A program made the position numbers and the translations under genes. DNA of 64,000 bases from Vicugna vicugna (taxonomy: Eukaryota). The DNA lies in NCBI GenBank assembly GCA_013265495.1, contig MU058793.1:525970-589969 (forward strand). The letters run 5' to 3'. Position 1 is the stretch's first letter. The number at the start of each line of letters is the position of its first letter. The notes below the pieces were generated by a model, which searched no databases, was not told where the DNA came from, and saw nothing but the letters and a program-made list of their open reading frames with translations. This document shows, in pieces, positions 51,626 to 64,000 of this stretch.

Positions 51626-52180
51626 CTGACCCCATTGCTTACTGTCTGCACAATGGTGAAAAAGTGACCTAAACATTCTTGGTCCCAGTTTCTTCTTCAT
51701 AAAATGGTTCTAGGGGGTGGGGGTTTGAGGGTGGTACAATAAGCGTTCGGCACAGCCTCAGGCACCCAGGAAATATGTAGTCAACATTAGTTTCCTCATC
51801 TTTCCCTCTGCTGACATTTTACAGCCAGTGAATTCATTGAGGTCATTATATTTTCACTCTGTTCTATGCTTCATCTAAGCTCCCTTACACTCATCTTTTT
51901 TCTAATCTGAAAAGAACCCCGAGAAGTAGATGGAGGGGGAATTGATAGCCCTGTTTTACCTGGAAGTCCTTGATTCAGAGAGGTTAAGAGACTCACCCAG
52001 TGTCACATGGATAATGTAGCAGAAGGCAAGGTTCTTACTTCATTCTTGAAGCCCTGCTCTAGCATTCTCTGCACCTCCCCATGTGGTCACTGTATCCCAG
52101 AGTTCTGTAAGGGACATGTGCTTCAGAAAAGCAGCTAGCACACCAAACTCCAAGCCTGTGTTAGGACTAGAACTGTGTTG

Positions 52181-52441
52181 TCTCATATAGAAAATAAACT
52201 TATGGTTACCAAAGGGGAAAGGGGGTAGGGGAGGAACAAATGAGGAGTATGGGATCAACAGATACAAACTACTATCCACTAACTAGATAAGCACCAAGGA
52301 TTTACTGTGTAGCACACGGAGTTACACCCAACATCTTGTAATAATCAATAATGGAATATAATCTGCAAAAAAATCAATCACTATGCTGTAAACCTGAAGC
52401 TAACAATATTGTAAATCTACTATATATCACTTATGAAAACA
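52181..52441 (+). mobile_element. 5'-truncated L1 with 12-bp TSD
   Basis: TSD agaactgtgttg at 52169-52180 and 52442-52453. Confidence 0.92.
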
Positions 52442-53054
52442 AGAACTGTGTTGCACTCAGAGGCAGCAGAAACATAGTCCTCCACCACTTAGAAACACCA
52501 GGAACAGTGCTCAGCAGATAGTAGGTGCTCATTATGTGCTCACTTAATGACTGGACTGATGACCCAAGTGACATTCACTCCGTCGGGATGTCCAGGATGA
52601 AAGTGGGAAGAGGATAAGCAAGAAGAGATGTTAAATAAGAGCGAAGTGGGAAGATGGTTGAAAGACTTAAGAGTTTCCTAAGTTCATGACCATGCTCATT
52701 CAACAATCATACCTAAAGTACACTCTGTTCTGAATCAAAGGCAGTCAGATTAACAAGAATGGGGAAAGGAAGGCACACAGGGTGCTGGGCTGTTAGTACC
52801 CGAGGGGCAATGCTCTCAATTGAGGGGCTGGGGGAGTCAGCCCCAAGTCACACACCCTGTATCCAGCTCTTGACACCAAACTTCCAGCCCTTGACCTTCC
52901 TCAGGACCCTTTGAACTTTTTCAGGATAATGTGTGTCTCTGGTATCTAGCAAGTTACCTGTGTTAAGTGAATGATGTCAAATAAAGCAGGCATTATTAAC
53001 TCCACTCTACAGCTAAGGAAGATGAAGCCCAGGAAATGAGGCCAATGGGAAGCC

Positions 53055-54310
53055 TTCATTCTTTCCCAAATGTTAATTAAGTAATTTAACATCAACTCTA
53101 TGCCAGGACTGTCCTAAGTGTAGGGGGACACCATGATAACAAGGCAGACGATGCCTCTGCCCTCCTAGGGAAGCAAGACAGAATCAAAGAGGAAAATCCA
53201 CCCACATCACACAGCTGAACTGTGGTGTGATGAAATTTAACAAATATGGAGACAGAGAGCAATGTTTAGGGGGAATATAATCAAGGTAGGGTAATCAGAG
53301 ATGGTCTATCTGAAAAAGTAGGGAATTCAGCTGAGATCTAAAGTCTAATAAGAAACCAGGGAGAGAAAAGCTGACTGGTGGAAGCAGCGAGAGAAAAAGC
53401 CCATTCAAAAGTCTAATGCTGTGGTATATTTATACAAAGGAATACTACACAGCAATAGAAAAGAATAAAATAGTGCCATTTGCAGCAACATGGATAGACC
53501 CGGAGAATGTCATTCTAAGTGAAATAAGTCAGAAAGAGAAATAAAAATACTGCATGATAGCACTTATATGTGGAGTCTAAAAAAAAAAAGACAAACAAAC
53601 TTATTTACAAAACAGAAACAAACTCACAGACATAGACAACAAACTTATGGTTACTGACACGGGAAAGGGGTGGGAAGGGGTAAATTGGGAGCTGAAGATT
53701 TGCAGATACTAACTAATAAATATAAAATAGATAAACAACAAGTTTATACTGTATAGCGCAGGGAACTATATTCAATATCTTATAATAGCTTATGGTGAAA
53801 AGAATATGAAAACAAATATACATATGTTCCTATATGACTGAAGCATTGTGCTGTACACCAGAAATTGATGCAACAATGTAAACTGACTATACTCAAAAAA
53901 ATATGTTTTTTAAAAAAGACAAAAGCCTGATGTAGAGAAGAACTGAAGCAGTTTGAAGAACTACAGTGAAACTCTGGGGCTGGAACATGGGGTGGGAGAG
54001 GAAGTGAGGCAGGGATGGAGCTGGAGAGATGGGCAGAGCTAGATCACACACAGCTCGGTAGTCCATGGGTCTTATTTTAAGTAAAATTGGAACCCCAATG
54101 GAAGAGTGTTAAACAAAGAAGTGATGTGATTAATTTCCAATTTAACAAGATTGTGCTCTGCTGCAGGGTGAAGAATGGATAGGGGAGGGGCCCAAGAGTG
54201 GAAGCAGGTTGGCAAGTTGGGAGCCATTCCAGGTGGGACAGAAGATGCTGGTGGCTTATCTTGGGCTGGTGGAGACCTGAGAGGAGACTTGGCCAGACTC
54301 AGAGCTAGTT
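53055..54310 (-). mobile_element. L2 (antisense) interrupted by an L1
   Basis: actctatgccaggactgtcctaagtg...ttcagctgagatctaaag...aagattgtgctctgctgcagggtgaagaatggat. Confidence 0.7.
53419..53919 (+). mobile_element. 5'-truncated L1 with TSD
   Basis: TSD caaaagtctaatg (53406-53418) / caaaagcctgatg (53920-53932). Confidence 0.9.
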
Positions 54311-54466
54311 AGGGCTACAACCAGAATGGGAGCCCAGAATCCAGGTTTCCGGATTGTCCAACTGGATCCTCTAAACTGACCACACTCCGATGGTGCACCT
54401 GTCCTGGGGTGCAAACGGAGATGATTGGCAGGGAAATGGAAAGGTCATTAGGAGAATTTGTCTAGA

Positions 54467-55140
54467 ACACTGTGCTCAAACTAGAGTCCACAGCCCCTGA
54501 GGGTTCACACACATTCTTCTCTCCAAAAGAAATTTTCATTGTCATATGCAACTGCAATGACAAGCAGAAAGAAATCAATAAAAGCATACTGTGGGTCATC
54601 TGAATGGCCAACTTCTCTAGTGGAGTTTAACCACATGGTTTCAGAAAAGGCTTTTGTATTTTTTATTGACCATCATGTAGACTCCAAGCACTATTACCTT
54701 TTCTCTCTGCAGAAAAGAAGGGTCCAGTGCATAAATTTATATGAGATGATAAATTCATGCTAAGCGATGAGGAGAAGACGGATAGGAGTGCTGTTGGTAG
54801 CTTGTGTCTCCTGCCCCAGGAGAGCCGGTACAAAGCCCAAAGGATGACAACCAGGTCCAAAGAGAGGACTCCAATCCAGCCAAACAGCATGATCCACCAT
54901 ATTTATTGAATAATTTTCACTTGAATTTTATTGGATCTGCCATGATGTTTATATTTAATCTCCAACTTGTTTTGGTTCCATAATTGACTAAAAAAATAAA
55001 CACAAGGAGATAATATCTGATTTTATATTGCTATATTAACATTTTAATAAAACTACTTTATGTTCTCATGGGGACCCAGGAAGATTATTTTCCTCTAAAA
55101 AGAGTCTACATAAGTATTGCTCAAGTTTGAGAAATCCTGG
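54467..55140. mobile_element. Probable hAT-Charlie remnant
   Basis: Ends cactgtgctcaaact ... agtttgagaaatcctg form imperfect terminal inverted repeats. Confidence 0.45.
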
Positions 55141-57014
55141 TCTCAACCAAATGAAAATTAAGCAATGGGCTGCCCTATTCGAGACTAATGACATTTTTTT
55201 CTTGGTGGCACAAGAGAGAAGGCACACAAGGAAGAGCAATCCTCTGTCCTTTCTGGTACAAATCCCAGAAGGTGCAAAATCTACTGAAAGTTCAGTTTAC
55301 AGAACGAGCTTAAATGGTGTTAACTTATCATTGTATTCCCCCGTTACAGTGGGGTATAGGTTCTACCTCTTTAGATGAAAAGCAAGTTACTGTCGTCACA
55401 CTCCCTTGAGAAGATATCAAGGGGCATGTTCTATGAAAACTGCATATCTTTAAACCTAACCCTTGCTTTCAGTCTAGAGAGCCGCTCATGTCATTGAGGA
55501 GCCAGCAGGCCCCGAGACCATGAGGCTCCCCTTCCCCTTCTCAGCCTCCTGAGAAGTGGACGTGGGGGTGGGCTCATCAGCACTCTTCACGTTTGTTTCT
55601 TTTCCTCCCTCTTTTGGTTGCCTGCTTTCTATTTGCATCCTCCTGAGATAAACGTGCCTGTAATGCGGATAAGCTATGTCCGCACTGTTAGGACATGGTA
55701 CAGGGGAATAGGGGGTTTTCATGAAGGAGAGAAGGGCAAAAGGCTATGTGTTATTCTCTGTGTGGCACCCAAGACGTTCGAGGTGAGTGTGAGGACCCTG
55801 GGGCCCCGGGCTGGATACTTTTTAAAAGAGTATCCAAGATTCACACTGATGGAAGTACCATCTCTTAGCTGTCTGATTGGGCATATAGAAACCACAGCAC
55901 CACCCCCACCAAAAAAAATGGAGGCTGATCACCGGAGGAGACAGACCAGGAAAGGGAGGTGGGTTAGAGAGAGTAGATGAATGCTGGTGTCTTGACCGTG
56001 TCTCTTTCCACTCACCTCCGAGATGGAATCATCTCATCAAATTCCAGAGAGGAGAAAAGCCAGGTGTGTTAGTCAGGGAGGGGGATGGCAACTAAAAATA
56101 GATTTCCTTTGCTTTGCTTCATGTGCATCACTACTGACCTCTATCATTCCCCATTCATAAGGCACAGAGAGCACATCTCTGCCCCATTGCTTTTTAGGTA
56201 AACATTAAACAGCTCTGCATATGGAGAACAGCCAAAGCGTTTGAGAATTCATCAGCAGTGGCAAACCTGAGCGTTTCCATGCGATGCAAATTGCTTTGGC
56301 TTCCACACTGCTCCTGTCGCTTCAAGTGCTGATGGTGAATAGCCTTCCTTGGGATTACTATCAAGTATTCATTTTAACAACATTAATTTACGACATGTTA
56401 TCCCACTTTACATTGTGCTACATGACTTACTCACAGAGCCGGCCCTTTGGTGACTGATGTTTATTCATTCTAATCACTGCGCTTGCCTGAGATTTTTAGG
56501 TTAATGGGAACTGGACTGGAAAAAGATTGTGTGCAGGGTTGTTCGTGTGGGACTCATTCATGACAAAGACGGCAACACCTCCTGAAAAACCTGTTTCTGT
56601 GGATGGGTAGTGGAGATGGCGAAGGCCACTGAAAGGGGCAGAGTCAAATCAATTTCACCCTCTAAGGACGTCCTGAGCCCTGCACACTGAGGAAGCAGCA
56701 GTAACAACCCCAACAGCAGTGCAGGTACTCCCTGTGATAGGAAGAGACTTGAGAACGTAGGCTATCTATTAGTCTCAGAATAGCCCCGTAAGGTAAATAT
56801 AGTGCATGGTATAAGGGTATGGGATTTGAGGACTGATGGGCGGCGTTGAAACTTGGCTTTACCATTTACTAGCCAAGTGATCTTGGGCAAGTTACTCAAC
56901 CTTCCTGTGCCTTAACTTCCTCATCTTTAAAATGGGTACAGCAATCATAGTTACTAAACAGGGTTGTTGGCAAGGAGAGCTGTTATAGTAAAACACAGAG
57001 CAGAGTTGGCACAC

Positions 57015-57390
57015 GGATGATAGTTCATCAGTGGTCGTGTTCCTCTTTCTCTATGCACCTGGTGGGACTGCCTTTCCCTGTGCAGGAGCTCAGGTGTGAC
57101 CACATGACTTACCTTGGCCAATGAAATGAAAGTGGAAGAATATGCACCACTGCTGAATGGAAGCACCTGGCTGCTAGTGGGGGACACCATAGCGCCCCTT
57201 CCCCCTGCTGCAGGGACAGTGGAAGCCCACACGACGATGGAACCCCTGAGAGCTCAAGTCCTAGAGAAAGGAAACATGGAGTGGTGCTCCCAGCCAACTC
57301 ATGATGGAGCATGAGTGAAAAATAACACTCTGTGATCATAAGGTTAGTTTTTTTAACTGAAGTATAATCCAAATTACCAAACTGACAGAG
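57015..57390 (+). mobile_element. MLT1I/J-like LTR
   Basis: gaccacatgacttaccttggccaatgaaatgaaagtggaag. Confidence 0.65.
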
Positions 57391-59988
57391 AACGTGGTCT
57401 AGCAATGTTAAGCATCATTATCATCATATTTTTATTTTACAGAAGATGAATCTAATGCTCAGAGTCCTGATCCCAACATTACACAGCAATGATGTAAGGG
57501 AAAACATAATGAAGCTCCAGGTCCTAATGTGGATACTATGGAGAATACAACAGAAATAGAAATTTCCTGACACGGAGTACTTACTATACAAGTGTAATTA
57601 CAGGTTTCACTACTTCCTGGCTGTGCCTCAGTTTCCTCATCAGTAAAATGGGAATAATAAAATAGTATCTAGTGTAGGATTAAATGAGATAATACACATA
57701 AGGTACTCATAGACGTATCTGGAACATACTTCCTTATCAGTAATGCTAGCTATTACTGTTACTGTTGTTAATGATATTAAGGACAAATTACATTGTAATC
57801 TTAACATCACCTGGTCTCATTATTCTGCAGATACAAGCAGTGCTAGTTATATAGATATCTAAGTAAGCACTAAAGCCAAACCAGAGGCTCCTAGTTGCCT
57901 TCATGCTTGCTGCTTCCTTATCCTGGAATTTAATCCCCTTGTCTGCTTTCACATGTTCAATTCCTCCTTCTTTTAAATAGCTCCTCTCCCTGAAAGTCTT
58001 CCCTACTCACTCCGATCCCAGACTGTTAGATGCTCCCACAAAACTGGATGCAACACTTTCATGGGATGCTTTTGCTTCTTTTTACCATTGCTCAAGGTCT
58101 CTCTTCCATGCTGGACTGGAAGCTCCATGAGGGAATCTATCTGTTAGGTTCATAACGGTACGAGTTCAGTACTAATTAACAGGAAAAACAAAATAGTAGG
58201 CAAGTGGATACATGAGCAGCCATTCACAGAAGAAACACATTCAGCCAACAAACACATGAAATGATACTAAAGAAATGCATAAAAACAATGAGCTATTACT
58301 TTCGCCTTACAAGATGTGGAAAAAAATCCCTAACTTTGACAACATTAAGTGCAGGAGAGGGCAAAGAGAATAGAGCAGATTCAGATTCTATCAAAACTTT
58401 GGTACAATATTTTGGAGGGTAGATTAACAGTATCTATAAAAATGTGACCTAATAATTCTATTTCTAGGCTTCTATTTCACAGAAATAATAGCATGAGTAT
58501 GTACAGATATACATTCAATAATATTTATTACAGTATTTTTATAACAACAAATAAAATTGAAACTATGTAGAATTCCTATTTATGAGTAACTTGTTAAGTG
58601 AAATTTAGTACTTTTATGCAATAAAATACTAAATCATAAGATAAAATTTTATTACATAATTCATTAGAGTAGGAATTTGTCAGGTTCACGGCTGTGCCCC
58701 CAAGGCTAAGACAGCACCTAGCACGTAGTAGGTAATGAGTAAAATGTGTTGAATAAGTTAATGAATATATGCTGAATGAAAATTTTCTTGATACAGAATT
58801 AAGAGGAAAAGATTTCAGCCATTTTGAATAAAACTCGATGTTTTGTTTCAAACTGTGTATATATGTACAAAATGATAAAAAAAAACTATACATATGAATA
58901 CATCAATAAATGGATAAGTAGATAAATAGATCGATGATAGATGGATCTATTAGAGATAGCTTTGCCCCAAACTCTTAACAATGCTCTTCTTTGAGAGGTG
59001 AGTCTGATGATGGTCGAGATTTTACTTACTTTTTGCTAGTTTTCTGAATGTATCACATAGAAACTTTTTCGTGTAATACATGATGATTGCTTGATTGAGT
59101 AATCCTAAGAGACAAATTAGGAACTGAGACCTCTTCAAAGTCTTACTTATTTCCATAGTCCTGAAAAAGAATCTCTCCCCCTACTTCTGCTCAAATAAAT
59201 AAAAAGACAGGCATATATATCAATGGATGTTACTTGATGGAAAGGGGGAGGTGGCTTCCACTAGTGCTTTTTGAGTTCAGCAAATATCCCCTTTGATACT
59301 GTCATAGCCCCTGAGACTGGATGAGCTGGGGGAGGGAAGAAGAGATGAAGAAATAACTCTCTAAAAGACTGCTATTTTGCTGAAATTCTGTAAACATCTC
59401 ACGTAAATTGTGATTTCCTAGAAATCACTGCAAGTTACGTGGATCTTGATTGAACCCGGGTTCTAACACAAACTGTGTGACTAACAGAAAGTTATTTCAC
59501 TTCCTTGAACTCAGCTCTCATATCTGTAAAAAGACAGTAATATATTTGTGAGAGTAATTAGCATTAGCTGCTGTCATAAACAAACCCAGCTTCAATACAA
59601 TCACAATTTCTTTCCTGCTCACACAGAAGTCAATATGGATGTTCTGGTTGACTGGCTTTCCCAGAAAGCATTGTGTCCAGTGGGGGGTCTTAAACAGGGT
59701 CCCCCAAAAGGCAGAGCCTGAGGCAAAGGTTCATGTGCCAACGCTTTATTAGGGAGCATGTTACCAGGCAGCAGGAGTGAGAACAAGCAGCGTGAAGCAA
59801 GCTAAAAGGAAGAGTCAGTACAAGGATGCCTCACTGAGTTGTTGGCCACTGACGACAATGGGGTGTGTGATGCCACAGACTCTCAGAAGGTGCATGAAAT
59901 GGGCCTTATGACTATGCATCTGATATAAAAATGATGAAGCATTTATCTACTGCCTCCCATCCCCACAGATCAAAAGTTTGCTGCAAGG

Positions 59989-61107
59989 ACCTACATAGAC
60001 ATTCTTCCAATGAAGCTATACAAAAGGCCAACAGGTTCATGAAAAGATGCTCAAACCACAATGAGATATCACCTCATGCCTGTTAGAATTGCCATCATCA
60101 AAAGATAAGAGAGAACAAGTGCTGGTGTGGTTGCAGAGATAAAGGAACCCCTGTGCCCTGTTGGTGGGATTGTAAGCTGGTGCAGCCACTATGGAAAACA
60201 GTATAGTGGTTCCTCAACAAATGAAAAATAGAACTACCATATGATCCAGCAATTCCACTTCTGGGAATATGTCCAAAGGAAATGAACACACTAACTCAAA
60301 AAGATATCTGCACCCCCATGTTGAATAGCCAAGAAGTAGAAACAGCCTAAGTATGCATCAAAGGATGAATGGACAAAGAAGTTGTGATCATGTATAGTTC
60401 TACATATGTGTGCACGATGGACTATTACTCAGCTATAAAAAATGAGTAAATCCTATCATGGATGGACACTGAAGGCATTACGCTAAATGAAATCAGTCAA
60501 AGAGAGAAAGACAAATATTGTAGGAGCTCACTTATATGTAGAATCTAAAAAAAACAGACAAAAACCCAAACTCATAGAAAAAGAAATCAGACATGTGGTT
60601 GCCAGAGGTGGAGGGGAGGGAGAGGAGGAATCTGAGGAAGAAGGTCAAAAGGTACAAATATTCAGTTATGAGATAAGTAAGTACTAGGGATGCAACATAC
60701 AACATGACGACTGGAGTTAACACTGCTATATAACATATAGACAAGTTGTTAAGAGAGTAAGCCAATTTTTTGAGGGAAGAGATACTCAGGTTTTTATTTA
60801 TTTAAATGAGGCACTGGGGAATTGAACCCAGGAGCTCGTGTATGCTAAGCCTGCGCTCTACCACTGAGCTCTACCCTCTGCCCTTAGGGGAGTAAATCTT
60901 AAGAGTTCTCGTCACAAGGAGAAAATTTTCAAATTTTTTTTCTTTGCTTTGCTTTGATTGTATCCATATGAGGTGATGAATGGTAGCTGAAGTTACTGCA
61001 ATAATCATTTTATAGTAGTAGACATAAACCAAATCATCACACTGTATGCCTCAAACTTATACAGTGATGTAGACAAGCATTTCTCAATAATACTGGAAAA
61101 ACAAACA
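59989..61107 (+). mobile_element. L1MA-type 3' ~1 kb with TSD
   Basis: TSD aaaagtttgctgcaagg (59972-59988) / aaaagtttgccccaagg (61108-61124); ORF2 C-terminal remnants. Confidence 0.9.
60761..60883 (-). mobile_element. tRNA-derived SINE (Vic-1-like) inside the L1
   Basis: attgaacccaggagctcgtgtatgctaagcctgcgctctaccactgagct; TSD ttaagagagtaa / ttaggggagtaa. Confidence 0.88.
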
Positions 61108-62399
61108 AAAAGTTTGCCCCAAGGGAACTTTCACACCCCTACACCTCTGAATGATCTATATACTCGCCACCAACAATAGAGCTTTGGTGTAAACAAGGGT
61201 TGCACACTTGAACACATGGAGCGCTTGGAGTCACAGCGGTGGCTGGAACATGTATGGATGACTCTGAAAAGGTGCTCCTGAGATGTCTCTCACACCGGGA
61301 CTCAGGGATGAAGGGTGCAGGCTTCTTCTGTTTCATAGCTAGACCATCTTCACACACGGCCATCCCTCCACGGAAGGTGAAGACAGAGAGAAAGAAGAAG
61401 CCTGGCCCGGGGGTAACGTATGTTGTTTCTGTCCACATTCCACTGACCAGAGCTGATTAAGTACCCTTCCCTCCCCACCACCCCATCAAAGAAATAAGAA
61501 ATGTAGCCTTTCCGTGAGCTCAGGAGGAAAAAGAAATGGTTTGGGGAACACAGAACACTGTTTCTTCCACTGGTTATACTGACGATCTCTCACAGCCACT
61601 GAATGTTTGATTGAGGGGATACGTTCCAGAGACCGGGTGGTCCAGGCATGTAGTAGGCAGTTGAGAAATGATATCTCTCCTAAGCATTCTGCAAAATGAA
61701 AAATGTAAGTGGCAACAAAAGATATTTCCCCAGGAGAAAGCTATAAAAATGACCTTGGCTAGCAGAGATCTCACTCAAGGGTATGAAGATTGGTGCTAAT
61801 TGTGCTCAAATCATGGACCCATGATTACATCCCCTATTGTCTGGGGTTCATGAAAGGACACTGCCAAGTGTGACTTGGGCAGAGGGTTGCACACGGGAAA
61901 CCAGCCCTCTTGCTACCAAGTTAGTCCTTTGCTGTTGATCTGTACGTGTGTTCATATCACATCCTCACTGGCTGTCTCTCTCTCCAAGTAGGCAGTCACT
62001 GATCAGACAATACAACTCTACCCAGAGGGTCAGGAAAGGAGTATTCACCTATATACTCTCTACCTGGAGTTTTCTCATCTTGTAGCTTAACGAAGATAAG
62101 GTGACCTTTACCTACACCTTGGCCTAGAGCTGGGGACACAGGCTAAGAGCTTGGGGTCCTAAGTTCCATCACTGACTCTGGTTGGCATCCATTCAAAAAA
62201 CTATTGAGCAGCTAGCTACACACATGCCAGGCTCTCTGCCCAGTGCTAGGGACATAGCAGAAACAAGTAAGACAGTCTTAGTTTTAGCCTAGTGAGAGAA
62301 AAAGACATTCAATAACAATCCCACAAATTAAGGTCTCACTACAAATTAGAGAAATGTGATTAAGGCAAAGCACAAGGCTCTGAGGCTATCATCTTTTCA

Positions 62400-62760
62400 C
62401 GCCCATTCTATCCTTCTCACTCATCACTGGAACTATCTATGTCTTAGCAGAGCATAAAGCCTTCCAAAAAAAAAAGGATTAGTTTTCCTAAACTCCCTTG
62501 CAGCTTGCTGTGGCCATCTGACCAAATCCTGGCCAATGGAAGGTCAGCAAAAGAGGCAAGTTGTTCTACTTTCTGTTCCTTCCTTTGGCTGACTAGAAGT
62601 CAAGTGTGATGGCAGGAGCTAGAGCAACATTTTTGGGCTCCAAGACAGAAACCACACACATTAAAGGAGTCTGGTCCTTCATGACAATGGAGCTGCCTAC
62701 CAGCCTTTAATATCTACACACACTTCTACATGAGAGAGAAACAAATACAGCTATTTGGGG
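62400..62760 (+). mobile_element. MLT1J-like LTR fragment
   Basis: ctcccttgcagct...gtggccatctgaccaaatcctggccaatg...gtgatggcaggagct. Confidence 0.6.
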
Positions 62761-63365
62761 AGCTTTTTGTGAGAGAGGCAAGACTTACTTTTTGCTAAGG
62801 TCACCTCATCTGAGAGATGAAAAAGAGCCAAGTGCATGAAGAGTGCTGTGAAGTGAACCAGAAAGAAAATAAGGGTGGCTAACAGGCACAGGCAAGAAGA
62901 GGAGAGGGCAGAGAAAGCATGAATGGCTTTGCAATGAAACAGATGTTCATCCTTGGGTCTTTTAACCTCCATTCTCAGTTTCCATATCTATTAAGTGGGA
63001 CTAGTGGGCATACTTCTCACAGGATGGCTGTAAAGATCAAATGATGTGTTGGTCTTTACATGGTGCTTTGGTGCCAATCAAGGGCATTCCAACCAAGTCC
63101 ATCCAAGTTCAAATTCTGTCTCTGCCACTGACTGATTGCATGACTGGGGATTTAGTTACTAAACCTCAGTGTGTGCCTCTGTTTCCCCATCTGCAAAATG
63201 GAGGTAGTAATAGCAGGGCGGCTGAGAGAATTCAATGAGTTACTATGTGTCAGGCACTTAGACTAGGGCCTGCTGCATATTGAGCACTATAGACATGTTT
63301 GTTAAATAAATAAATGAAAGAACAGTGTTTTATGACATAAAAGAATTATACTAAAAAAAAAAAAG

Positions 63366-63845
63366 CTGCTCAGCCATAAAAAAAGAATAAAATAGTGCCA
63401 TTTGCAGCAAGATGGATGGACCTGGAGATCATCATTCTAAGTGAAATAAGCCAGAAAGAGAAAGACAAATACCATATGATATCACTTACATGTAGAATCT
63501 AAAAAAAGAGACTCAAACGAACTCATCCACAAAACAGAAACGACTCACAGACATAGAAAACAAACTTATGGTTACCAGTGGGGAAAGGAGGTAGGAAGCG
63601 ATAAATTGGGAGTTCAAGATTCGCAGATACTAACTACTATATATAAAATAGATAAACAACAAGTTTCTACTGTATAGCACAGGGAACTCTATTCAGTATC
63701 TTGTAGTAACCTCTAATGAACAAGAATATGAAAACAAACATATGTATGTATATGTATGACTGAAACATGATGCTGATCACCAGAAACTGATGCAACATTG
63801 TAAGCTGACTATACCTCAATAAAAAAAAAATGCAAAAAAAAAAAA
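63366..63845 (+). mobile_element. 5'-truncated young L1 with poly(A)
   Basis: atggatggacctggagatcatcattctaagtgaaataagccagaaagag...aagctgactatacctcaataaaaaaaaaa. Confidence 0.92.
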
Positions 63846-64000
63846 GAAATCTCATTATAAGTGACTTTTAAAGAAAGAAATTATGCAGAGTGCTTGGGTA
63901 CAGTGACATCTGTGCACCCCCACTCCATCTCCATCTGCAACACCTAGAATAACATCGTTCCAACTGTGGAAAGTCTATGGTGCAAATGCGACGAGGTAGG

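Larger units (their letters stand above)
59547..61570 (-). mobile_element. Old MLT1 LTR (59547-59671, 61295-61570) containing an ERVL LTR (59672-59988, 61108-61294)
   Basis: ttagctgctgtcataaacaaaccc; ggcagagcctgaggcaaagg...tttattagggag; resumes ctgtccacattccactgaccagagct. Confidence 0.6.

Noticed and set aside
1..64000. Prokaryotic systems (CRISPR, operons, defence islands) and the remaining short six-frame ORFs
   Set aside because: DNA is mammalian and repeat-rich; there is no regular repeat-spacer array, and the short ORFs overlap repeats or lack homology

Overview
Mammalian non-coding genomic DNA, most likely camelid (inferred from four tRNA-derived SINEs of Vic-1 type plus matching young L1 3' ends). 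I found no host protein-coding exon. The window is a mosaic of L1, L2, CR1/L3, MIR, MaLR/ERVL solo LTRs and hAT MITEs, with a few repeat-free, enhancer-like blocks. The only credible ORF is an open L1 ORF1 (29484-30425). It sits in a ~3.05 kb L1 bounded by target-site duplications (28153-31207) that keeps its 5' UTR, ORF1 and 3' end but lacks almost all of ORF2, with a splice-like junction (HAL1-like or spliced retrocopy). Other points of interest: a candidate SINE/L1 chimeric insertion (20118-20558), a near-perfect 30-bp hairpin (36408-36486), multi-level TE nests, and a strong + strand bias of L1s suggesting an intron of a minus-strand gene. Repeat family names come from recalled consensus sequences, not a database search, and boundaries without a TSD are approximate.
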